A stretch of 59,997 nucleotides of DNA from an uncultured Gammaproteobacteria bacterium (lineage in GTDB: Bacteria > Patescibacteriota > Microgenomatia > Daviesbacterales > UBA10151), in assembly GCA_964390595.1 (NCBI GenBank), contig CAYMIA010000007.1, forward strand, positions 1 through 59,997, given 5' to 3'. The stretch's first letter is position 1. Every line of letters starts with the position of its first letter. This document shows, in pieces, positions 8,957 through 16,699 of this stretch. The notes under the pieces are model-generated. The model did no database searches. It was not told the origin of the DNA and saw nothing but the letters and a program-made list of their open reading frames with translations. A program made the position numbers and the translations under genes.

Positions 8957-9533
8957 AAAACCACTATCCCGTTCAGCGAGACTCAAATCCCACTTTTTTC
9001 AACCTAAATTGAGCTTTTTTTTACTTCTACTGGGGGTTTTGTGTATCACAGTTTTTTCTATTTGGAGGGTACGCCAAGCGGAGATTTTATCCTTTAATCA
9101 ATCTAGCTATCAATCTGCACCTGTGGTTAAAACTCAAATGCGTGAGTTACCAACCCAAGTCCAGATTTTAAGTCAGGGGATTGATCTGCCTATTGTTGAA
9201 TCGTTAGTGGTGAACAATCAGTGGCAAATTAATCCGAGTGGAGCCTCTCATTTGGTGGGCTCAGCCAATCCTGGAGAAGGTGGTAATATAGTTATTTATG
9301 GTCATAACTTAGAGCGGATTTTTGGTAAAATCCGCTCTTTGAAAGTTGGGGAGACCATTGTTTTGAGTACAAAAAGTGGTCATCAATTTAGATATGTAGT
9401 TAAAGAGACTTCAGAGGTTACCCCAAAGCAGGTGGAGATAATCGCGCCAACCTCATTTGAAGTGTTAACGCTTTATACTTGCACCGGACTATTTGATTCA
9501 AAAAGATTTGTGGTTAAAGCTCTTCCTGCATAA
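8934..9533 (+). CDS. Sortase (class D/E-like)
   Basis: N-terminal TM; catalytic His in NIVIYGHN, Cys in LTLYTC and Arg in KRFVV. Confidence 0.9.
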   Translation: MPKRSVTKKPLSRSARLKSHFFQPKLSFFLLLLGVLCITVFSIWRVRQAEILSFNQSSYQSAPVVKTQMRELPTQVQILSQGIDLPIVESLVVNNQWQINPSGASHLVGSANPGEGGNIVIYGHNLERIFGKIRSLKVGETIVLSTKSGHQFRYVVKETSEVTPKQVEIIAPTSFEVLTLYTCTGLFDSKRFVVKALPA

Positions 9534-9615
9534 GTTTCTTACCAGATTCTTTAGTAATTCTAACTAAACTTGACTAGTTTTGGGATAGAGTAAAATAGGC
9601 TAGGAGGTGAGCTGG

Positions 9616-9780
9616 ATGTCACTTTTGGCAGATGCCAATCAAAAATTAAAGGGGAAAACTCAGCAGATTCAAGGTGTTTATTATCAGCAGACAGGCCGGG
9701 TTCTCAAAGGGGCAGCTTTGAAGCTAAAAGGGAAAATTAATGAGGCTGTAGCTGATGCCAAGCTCAAAACTAAAGTTTAA
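9616..9780 (+). CDS. CsbD-like small stress protein (54 aa, not in ORF track)
   Basis: MSLLADANQKLKGKTQQIQG...LKGKINEAVADAKLKTKV, with repeated KGK..Q/E motifs and a strong SD AGGAGGTG at 9602-9609. Confidence 0.7.
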   Translation: MSLLADANQKLKGKTQQIQGVYYQQTGRVLKGAALKLKGKINEAVADAKLKTKV

Positions 9781-11429
9781 GAGTTAGTTTTGGCTAGATG
9801 GGAAAGTGAATATTCAAAGGTGGCGCTCACTTTTTTGTGTGGATTGAAGATGCCTTTGGGGTCAAAGATCTGTTTGACTTGTTTAAATAGTTGGTACATT
9901 TGTTGGCCATACATCTGTTCAAGAAATGGTCCTCTGATTAGGCCATCGTTGTGTTCAGCAGCCATCGAACCTTTGAATTCAAAGACTAAATTGTAAACTT
10001 CCTTAGTAATTTCTGGGATTAATTTCCGGATATTTTCGTCTGTTAAATCAACCAGCGGGATGATATGAAAATTACCATCGCCAATATGGCCGGCAATTGT
10101 ATAAAGCATGTTGTGACCTGCCGTTGAATCCTTGTATCGATCTAAAATAGCTTTTAGTTTGGGCATAAATTCGGGAAGAGTTGATGGTTTAACGATAATA
10201 TCATCAAAAATTGGTGCAGTGCGCATGTGTTCAGCGTGATGGCGGAGTAAATTAAAGCTGTTATGGCGGATGATCCAAAACTTTTCAGCGGCTTTGACAT
10301 CTGGAACTATGGTGACAGCAGCTGGAAATGACTTGATGCTAGCGGCAGCTTTGGTAGCTTTTTGATTAGATTCAGCTGGGTCAGACCCTGTAAAGTTTGC
10401 GAGCAAGGTAAGCTTGGGGAGAGTCTTTTTACTTACCATCTCTTGTTCAGGAATAAATGAGGATTTTGCTTGTTCAATTGTGTTGTGCTTAAAATCTTTA
10501 ATGATTTCATCTGAATATTTAACAGCATATTCAATCGTCTGATCGTCATAACATTCAAAGCTATCGGGGGCTGATTCTAAAATTAGATTCACTATCTTAT
10601 CTAATTCATCCAGGCTATTTAGGGTGATAACCAGTAGGCAAGGATTTTGTTTGGGTGGAAGAAGTGAGAATTCGATTTCAGTCACTATCCCTAAAGTGCC
10701 TTGGGAACCAACCAGTAGTTTGTTTAAATCAAAAGTCAGGCCATTCCAAACATTCCAGAGATAGTAGCCGGTTGAGTTTTTAGAGACCTGAGGTTTACTG
10801 GAGGTGATGAGAACCTGGTTTTGAGAGATTAAGTCAAAGATCTGTTTATAGACTTGACCTTCAAGATTAGGTTGAACAATTTTATTGTTCAAAATATCTT
10901 TCTGGAGTGGAGTAACTTCGTATTCATTACCATCTGATAAGACAATTTTTAGGCGTTTAACATATCTTTCAGTTTGGCCAAACTTTAAGGTCAGTTCCCC
11001 AGCTGAATTGTTTCCGACCATACCACCAACCGTGTTGATCTCTTTGGAGGCAGTATAACTAGGTAAAATTAGATTTTTTTGGAGAGTTTCTTTTTCAAAA
11101 TCCCGGTAGAAAACTCCGGGCTCTGTAATGGCTGAGTCTTCGCTAACTGAGATAATTTTATTAAAATATTTAGTCATGTCAACGATAACTGAATCGTTAA
11201 TGGCGCCTCCTGACATGCAGGTGCCAGCTGCGCGGGGGGTAAGTGAGACTGTATCGGAGTGATCTGAGGCGTATTTGACTAAAGCCTTAATGTCTTCAAC
11301 ATCTTTTGGATAAACAATTACCTGAGGTTTAATCTCAAAGACTGAGGCATCTTTAGAATAAGTCTGCAAAGCTTCTGCATCATCCACAACTTCACCTTTA
11401 ATTATTTGTTGCAGATCATTCTTGAGCAT
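9777..11429 (-). CDS. FAD-binding oxidoreductase (GlcD/D-lactate dehydrogenase-like)
   Basis: PRAAGTCMSGG FAD motif, TVGGMVGNNSAG, GSQGTLG, GHIGDGNFH, AEHNDG and FDPKGIFNP. Confidence 0.9.
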   Translation of the reverse strand: MLKNDLQQIIKGEVVDDAEALQTYSKDASVFEIKPQVIVYPKDVEDIKALVKYASDHSDTVSLTPRAAGTCMSGGAINDSVIVDMTKYFNKIISVSEDSAITEPGVFYRDFEKETLQKNLILPSYTASKEINTVGGMVGNNSAGELTLKFGQTERYVKRLKIVLSDGNEYEVTPLQKDILNNKIVQPNLEGQVYKQIFDLISQNQVLITSSKPQVSKNSTGYYLWNVWNGLTFDLNKLLVGSQGTLGIVTEIEFSLLPPKQNPCLLVITLNSLDELDKIVNLILESAPDSFECYDDQTIEYAVKYSDEIIKDFKHNTIEQAKSSFIPEQEMVSKKTLPKLTLLANFTGSDPAESNQKATKAAASIKSFPAAVTIVPDVKAAEKFWIIRHNSFNLLRHHAEHMRTAPIFDDIIVKPSTLPEFMPKLKAILDRYKDSTAGHNMLYTIAGHIGDGNFHIIPLVDLTDENIRKLIPEITKEVYNLVFEFKGSMAAEHNDGLIRGPFLEQMYGQQMYQLFKQVKQIFDPKGIFNPHKKVSATFEYSLSHLAKTNS

Positions 11430-11514
11430 TATGGATATGGTAACACAAAATTGAATTGGTTTTGGTCGGTATTGACAGCTAAGTATTCCAAATGCTATAA
11501 GTTCTTAACGAATT

Positions 11515-12147
11515 ATGAATAAAGCTGAAAATCTAATTCAGATTGGAGTACATAGGGGATACTTAGTTCCTACCCCAATGATGGAAGTTCCCTCAAAGGA
11601 TGCAGAGCTATATTGGTGGACCAGATTTGCTTCTAAGTCTGGGTTAGAAGTTAAAGTGGGGGTTGATCTTAATCCCGATAAATTGGAAGTTGTGATTGAT
11701 GCAATGGAAAGAAGGAAAAAATGGAATGGGCGAATTGTTGGTGTGGGTTGGTGGAAGGATCAAGAAGAAAGTCCTGAAAGTGATTCTGAAATGTTTTTTG
11801 TTCCGCTTGTTTCTCAAGAAAGGGCAATTCCCTGTTTTTCTCTTCCAATGGTAGATAGAGCTCAGCTAGGCAAAAATGTGAGATTTTATCTCCCAGAGAC
11901 TCCTTGGATATTTGATTCAGGAACATCTTCGGAGGTATTGGATATTTTATACCAATCAGTTATCAGGCAAGGAGTTTTGGAACGGGATTTTCGTTCCTGG
12001 CAGCTACTTTTAAAACAGGTTGGTGACAAACTTCCAACTGCAGTGGCATTAGCAATAGATCAGGGGTTAAATCATTTAAACAAAGGATCCAACTCTCTTA
12101 ACGCTAAGTTGGGTTATAGAATAGTGCACCCAAGCTCTTCTTTATAA
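11515..12147 (+). CDS. Hypothetical protein
   Basis: 210 aa ORF with an upstream TTGACA...TATAAG promoter-like sequence; no recognised motif. Confidence 0.6.
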   Translation: MNKAENLIQIGVHRGYLVPTPMMEVPSKDAELYWWTRFASKSGLEVKVGVDLNPDKLEVVIDAMERRKKWNGRIVGVGWWKDQEESPESDSEMFFVPLVSQERAIPCFSLPMVDRAQLGKNVRFYLPETPWIFDSGTSSEVLDILYQSVIRQGVLERDFRSWQLLLKQVGDKLPTAVALAIDQGLNHLNKGSNSLNAKLGYRIVHPSSSL

Positions 12148-12186
12148 ATGCTTGCTCAGAGAGATCCTAGTTGTTACACTTGATTA

Positions 12187-13464
12187 ATGCAGGATAATCT
12201 ACCGAAGAACTTAGATGAAGTGTCCACTCTTCCGCCGAGTGAGAATGTCGGGCAAAAAATTATTATGTTTGGGACTCCCCCGTGTCCAGATTGCGCGAGG
12301 GTAAAAAAGTTTTTGGCTGAAAATGCGATTGAGTACGAATATCATGATTTGGCAACAGACAAAGAGGGGCTTTCCTGGATTAGTACCTTTGTTGATCATG
12401 TGCCTGTTTTGATCATGTTGGACAAAACTATTATGTATTCTCCCTCAAATGAAGAACTTCTAGAAAAGATTCAGGGTTCTAGTGTGAACAAAAAAGTTAC
12501 TCCAATTGAACCAGAGAAATTTGACATTATTATCATTGGCGGTGGTCCAGCTGGAATTACTGCAGCTATTTATGCTGTCCGTAAATCTTTAAAGGTTTTA
12601 CTTATTGCCAAAGAAGTTGGTGGGCAGGCAGCTAGGTCTGGTGATGTTGAGAACTATCCGGGATTTACTATGATTACGGGAGTTGATTTGGCCTCAAAAT
12701 TTAGAGAAGAGGTCAACCGCTTTCAGGGAGAGGGACTTTGGATTAAAGAAGGCGTAGTGGCTAAATTGATTTCAGGTGAGGAGAATAATTTTACTGTCGA
12801 GACAGATACTAGTAAATATCAAGGTAAAACTGTCATTGTAGCTACTGGTAGAGAACCCAAGATGCTGAATATTCCGGGAGAGAAGGAGTTTTTTGGAAAA
12901 GGGGTGGCGACTTGTGCGACTTGTGATGCGCCACTTTATAAAGGTAAAGAGGTGGCAGTTATTGGTGGGGGTAATTCAGCGCTTGATGCCGCATTTTCAC
13001 TTTTAAAGATCGCTAAATCAGTGACTGTTGTTAATATCTCTGAATCTTTGGTTGGTGATGAGGTGTTGAAGAATAATGTTACTCAATCGAGTAAGGTAAC
13101 TGTGTTGAATGACTCAACTGCAGTGGAAATTCAAGGGGACAGCTTTGTGACTGGGGTTAAGGTGCAAAATACCAAGACCCATGAAGAAAAAGTAATTCCA
13201 GTTGATGGAGTATTTATTGAGATTGGGTGGACTCCAGCGGTTGATTTGGTACCGCAATTGGCCAAAGACAAGCATAATCAGATTGTGGTTGATGAATATG
13301 GAAAGAGTTCGGTGGCTGGAATTTGGGCAGCTGGAGATGTGAATAATCTTTGGGGTGAACAGATTGTGATTGCTGCAGGCGAGGGAGCTAAGGTGGCTCT
13401 TTCTGTAGCTGAGCATGTTTCTAGGATTCCTCACCAGGCAACCTCTAATATTCATGAAGGGTAA
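12187..13464 (+). CDS. trxB: Glutaredoxin-like domain fused to thioredoxin reductase (TrxB/AhpF-like)
   Basis: N-terminal CPDC redox domain; GGGPAG FAD motif, CATCD, GGGNSA NADPH motif and AAGD. Confidence 0.88.
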   Translation: MQDNLPKNLDEVSTLPPSENVGQKIIMFGTPPCPDCARVKKFLAENAIEYEYHDLATDKEGLSWISTFVDHVPVLIMLDKTIMYSPSNEELLEKIQGSSVNKKVTPIEPEKFDIIIIGGGPAGITAAIYAVRKSLKVLLIAKEVGGQAARSGDVENYPGFTMITGVDLASKFREEVNRFQGEGLWIKEGVVAKLISGEENNFTVETDTSKYQGKTVIVATGREPKMLNIPGEKEFFGKGVATCATCDAPLYKGKEVAVIGGGNSALDAAFSLLKIAKSVTVVNISESLVGDEVLKNNVTQSSKVTVLNDSTAVEIQGDSFVTGVKVQNTKTHEEKVIPVDGVFIEIGWTPAVDLVPQLAKDKHNQIVVDEYGKSSVAGIWAAGDVNNLWGEQIVIAAGEGAKVALSVAEHVSRIPHQATSNIHEG

Positions 13465-13466
13465 AG

Positions 13467-13679
13467 ATGAAATATACAGATAGGGTTAAGAGGACAATTG
13501 CTAAAACAATTTCTTATAGGGGTCTGATTATTATTTCGGATGGAATTATCGTGTACACAATTACCCACCGATATGATTTAGCGATTGGGGTTATTTTCTT
13601 TTCAAATGTTGCTAGCACGCTGCTATTTTACATTCATGAGAGATTTTGGAACAAGGTTAGTTGGGGAAAGAGTAAATAA
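13467..13679 (+). CDS. DUF2061-family small membrane protein
   Basis: RTIAKTISYR ... YIHERFWNKVSWG signature. Confidence 0.85.
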   Translation: MKYTDRVKRTIAKTISYRGLIIISDGIIVYTITHRYDLAIGVIFFSNVASTLLFYIHERFWNKVSWGKSK

Positions 13680-13843
13680 TGTCTAAAAAAACGGTTGTTT
13701 TGATTGGAATGACAGTTGGGTCGGTAGTAGGTGGGTATGTTCCATCTATTTGGGGAGCGGGAATTTTTTCTTTTGCTAGTTTATTTGGGAGTGGGATAGG
13801 GGGAGCTTTGGGAATTTTTATTGCTTATAAATTATTCAGCTGA
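13679..13843 (+). CDS. Small Gly-rich 2-TM membrane protein (54 aa, not in ORF track)
   Basis: TAATG coupling to the upstream stop; MSKKTVVLIGMTVGSVVGGYVPSIWGAGIFSFASLFGSGIGGALGIFIAYKLFS. Confidence 0.75.
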   Translation: MSKKTVVLIGMTVGSVVGGYVPSIWGAGIFSFASLFGSGIGGALGIFIAYKLFS

Positions 13844-13858
13844 TAGAATTAAATAAGT

Positions 13859-14140
13859 ATGGTTGATGTATTGCGCCATCATGAAGTTGAAGTAGAAGAG
13901 CAATCAGTGGTGTTTACAACTAGGGCAGACTGGGAGCAAGAGGCTCAGCGGGTGGCGGCATCGATTGAGACCCAAAGAAAGTTGGAGGAGATACTGATAG
14001 CGAGCGGGCAATTACCAGAGGTCAGAAGGATTCATCGGGGAAATATGGTGATTGAGCAGCCATATAAGACGGGTGTGTTATATGATTTGGAGCGCCAATT
14101 ACATTATGTTAGGTACAGATTGAGAATTTTTAGTGAATAA
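13859..14140 (+). CDS. Hypothetical protein
   Basis: 93 aa ORF with TAGAAT -10-like box upstream; overlaps the convergent gene by 11 nt. Confidence 0.55.
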   Translation: MVDVLRHHEVEVEEQSVVFTTRADWEQEAQRVAASIETQRKLEEILIASGQLPEVRRIHRGNMVIEQPYKTGVLYDLERQLHYVRYRLRIFSE

Positions 14141-14828
14141 AGACCCGGGTTCCCGGATTGCTATCAGAAGACTTAACTGCATTTTGACCATCAGCTAGTT
14201 TAGGTCCAGCCCATTCAAATATTTTCTGCGCATCTGCCAATGGTTCATTAACACAACCATGGCTCATGGGATGTCCAAAGTTGTTGTGCCAGTAAGCGCC
14301 ATGGAGAGCGTATCCTTGATAAAAAAACATATTATTAGGAACGTTGGGTAAATTATAGTAAGTTCCTAAAGCTGGTGAACCACCTTTCATGGTTTGATAG
14401 CGGGTTTTGTACCAGATAAAGAAGGTGCCTGTTGGGGTGGGAGCCCAACGGCCAGAAGAGATCAAAAATTCCATAACTTTTTTATTACCTTCCCAGGCCC
14501 GTAGTGTTTGACTCCCTAGATCAACTTCAATCCATTTCTCGTCTCCGGAGGGAGTGGTAGTTGTGCCTAATACCTCTGAACTAGGATCTGGTGGTGGGAA
14601 AGCTTCAGCTAGTGAGGTTTTGGGATAGTCAACTTCTTCACCGTTGAAAAAAGCCAGGCTGGCACTTTCATCAAATGAACCATTTCCCAAGTTGCTGGCA
14701 TCACAACAACTGGTGGTATTGTCACCAGAGAGGTGTAGGGCATAAGCGATCTCTCTTCGAATGGGTAAATACAGTATGCAAATGGCGACAAGAGTCACGA
14801 CAAGTACTGCGGGCAGAAATTTAAACAT
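14130..14828 (-). CDS. L,D-transpeptidase (YkuD family), membrane anchored
   Basis: WIEVDL, ISSG, TPTG and catalytic HGAYWH...SHGCVN. Confidence 0.92.
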   Translation of the reverse strand: MFKFLPAVLVVTLVAICILYLPIRREIAYALHLSGDNTTSCCDASNLGNGSFDESASLAFFNGEEVDYPKTSLAEAFPPPDPSSEVLGTTTTPSGDEKWIEVDLGSQTLRAWEGNKKVMEFLISSGRWAPTPTGTFFIWYKTRYQTMKGGSPALGTYYNLPNVPNNMFFYQGYALHGAYWHNNFGHPMSHGCVNEPLADAQKIFEWAGPKLADGQNAVKSSDSNPGTRVFIH

Positions 14829-14900
14829 TAATGTTATTGTCTAGGCTTAGGATACCCTTTGTCAAGGACTTGTTTGGAGTTGTTATACTATATTTTGGCG

Positions 14901-15851
14901 ATGAAGTTTAAAATTTTTTCCACAGTGTTGTGTTTACTGGTTTTGATTTTGGGGGGGTTGTCTATTTTGCCGGTTTCCAACCGGTCTAAGCTAGCTTCAC
15001 CAATACTGAATTTAAGTAAGTTAAAGATGGCAGATAATATATGGACACCCAATCTAAATCCTTTTGCAATTCCTGAAGTGAAGGCAGCGCCTTCAATTAC
15101 CGGGCGGGCGGCTTTTTTTGTGGATACCAATACGGGTCAAGTGTTATTTGAGAAAAACGCTAAAGAAAGAATGCCAATTGCTTCTCTGACTAAAATCATG
15201 ACTGTGATTGTGGCTTTAGAGAATTTGTTGCCAAATGAAAGTGCCTATAAAGAGAAGGTGTTTACTATTTCTCCTCAAGCTGCAGGAGTAGAACCAGATA
15301 AGATGCAGTTAATTGCTGGTGAAAAACTAAATCTAGATGAGTTGTTGGATGGGATATTTCTGGTTTCTGCTAATGATGCTGCAGAGCAGTTGGCAGAGAA
15401 TACAACAGGTAGAAGAGAGGAGTTTATCAATTTAATGAATTCCAAGGCTCTTCAATTGGGTATGAATGATACTCTATTTATTAATCCAACAGGGTTGGAG
15501 GAAGATTCAGTAAATCAGTATTCAAGCGCTTATGATGTGGCACTAATGAGTAGATATGCAGTTAAAAAATATCCTCATTTATTGGAGATCTCATCAGAGC
15601 CACATATTTATTTACCAGAGACTATTACTCATCAAGAGTATGATTTGTACTCAGGGATTAATTTGCTGACAACTTATCCTGGGGTGGTTGGGTTTAAAAC
15701 TGGGTACACTCCAGAGGCTGGGTTAACTTTGGTAACAATAGCCAGAAGAGGGAATCATGAGGTTTTAGGAGTACTTTTAGGGTGCGAGAATAGAAGAGAT
15801 GATGCCAAATTAATGCTTGATTATTCATTTGCCCAGTTAGGGGTAAATTAG
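14901..15851 (+). CDS. dacA: D-alanyl-D-alanine carboxypeptidase (peptidase S11)
   Basis: SxxK (ASLTK), SxN (SAN) and KTG motifs. ATG 14901 preferred to TTG 14859 because a -10-like box precedes it. Confidence 0.9.
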   Translation: MKFKIFSTVLCLLVLILGGLSILPVSNRSKLASPILNLSKLKMADNIWTPNLNPFAIPEVKAAPSITGRAAFFVDTNTGQVLFEKNAKERMPIASLTKIMTVIVALENLLPNESAYKEKVFTISPQAAGVEPDKMQLIAGEKLNLDELLDGIFLVSANDAAEQLAENTTGRREEFINLMNSKALQLGMNDTLFINPTGLEEDSVNQYSSAYDVALMSRYAVKKYPHLLEISSEPHIYLPETITHQEYDLYSGINLLTTYPGVVGFKTGYTPEAGLTLVTIARRGNHEVLGVLLGCENRRDDAKLMLDYSFAQLGVN

Positions 15852-16400
15852 GTGATTTTATTTCCGCTAATATTGGTTTTATTTTTTACAGTTGTTGTTC
15901 CACTTGTTTTGGTCAGTTTCTATTTTTTCTCATTTTATATTGAGCTACAAGGGGCGCCTTTTGTGCCTACAACTCAGAGAACTTTAAGGGAGGTTTTGGG
16001 GGCAGCTGATTTAAAAAAAGGACAACTTTTTTTTGAGTTAGGGAGTGGAGATGGGAGGGTGGTTAGAACTGCAGTTAGGTTGTATAAGGTGAGGGGAGTT
16101 GGGGTAGAGATGCATCCAATGTTAGTTTGGTTTGCTAGACTCCGGGCCAGGATGCAAAAGCTAGAAAAGATTGAGTTTAGAAGACAGAACTTTTTTAAAA
16201 CTGATTTAAGAGGGGCAGATGTAATATTTTTATTTTTACTGCCAGGGGCAATTAAAAAATTAAAGTTAAAGATAGCAGATGAATGCAAAAAGGGCACATT
16301 GATAATTTCTCATGGTTTTACAATCCCGGGCTGGGAAAAAAGGTTGTTTAAAAAACAAGAGAGGTTTAGGTTTACAACTTACTTCTACAGGTTGAAATAA
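15852..16400 (+). CDS. Membrane-anchored class I SAM methyltransferase (FAM173/aKMT-like)
   Basis: N-terminal TM, GAPFVPT, ELGSGDGR motif I and ADVIFLFL. Confidence 0.8.
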   Translation: MILFPLILVLFFTVVVPLVLVSFYFFSFYIELQGAPFVPTTQRTLREVLGAADLKKGQLFFELGSGDGRVVRTAVRLYKVRGVGVEMHPMLVWFARLRARMQKLEKIEFRRQNFFKTDLRGADVIFLFLLPGAIKKLKLKIADECKKGTLIISHGFTIPGWEKRLFKKQERFRFTTYFYRLK

Positions 16401-16426
16401 AGCTTGATTTTTGAGATGCTAAAAAA

Positions 16427-16699
16427 ATGTTAGGGTTATCTAAAAAAAGGTTTTTTATTACACTAGGGGTGGGGATTTTAATCTGGTTGGTAACGGTGGT
16501 GATACAGGTGTTGTTAAGCGTTAATGTGCAGCTTAGTCTTTTTTCTGGATCTTCTTGTCAAGTAACGGGTTTTCCTCTTGCCTCATGTGTTTATCCCAGT
16601 GCTTCTCTACCATTTTGGGTACTTCATTTAATAAATATCTTTTTTTGGTTTTTTGTGGTGAACTTAATGGTGTGGTTTTTTAATAAAGGTCGCAAATAA
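16427..16699 (+). CDS. Small hypothetical membrane protein (2 TM)
   Basis: Two TM helices around the loop CQVTGFPLASC. Confidence 0.6.
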   Translation: MLGLSKKRFFITLGVGILIWLVTVVIQVLLSVNVQLSLFSGSSCQVTGFPLASCVYPSASLPFWVLHLINIFFWFFVVNLMVWFFNKGRK

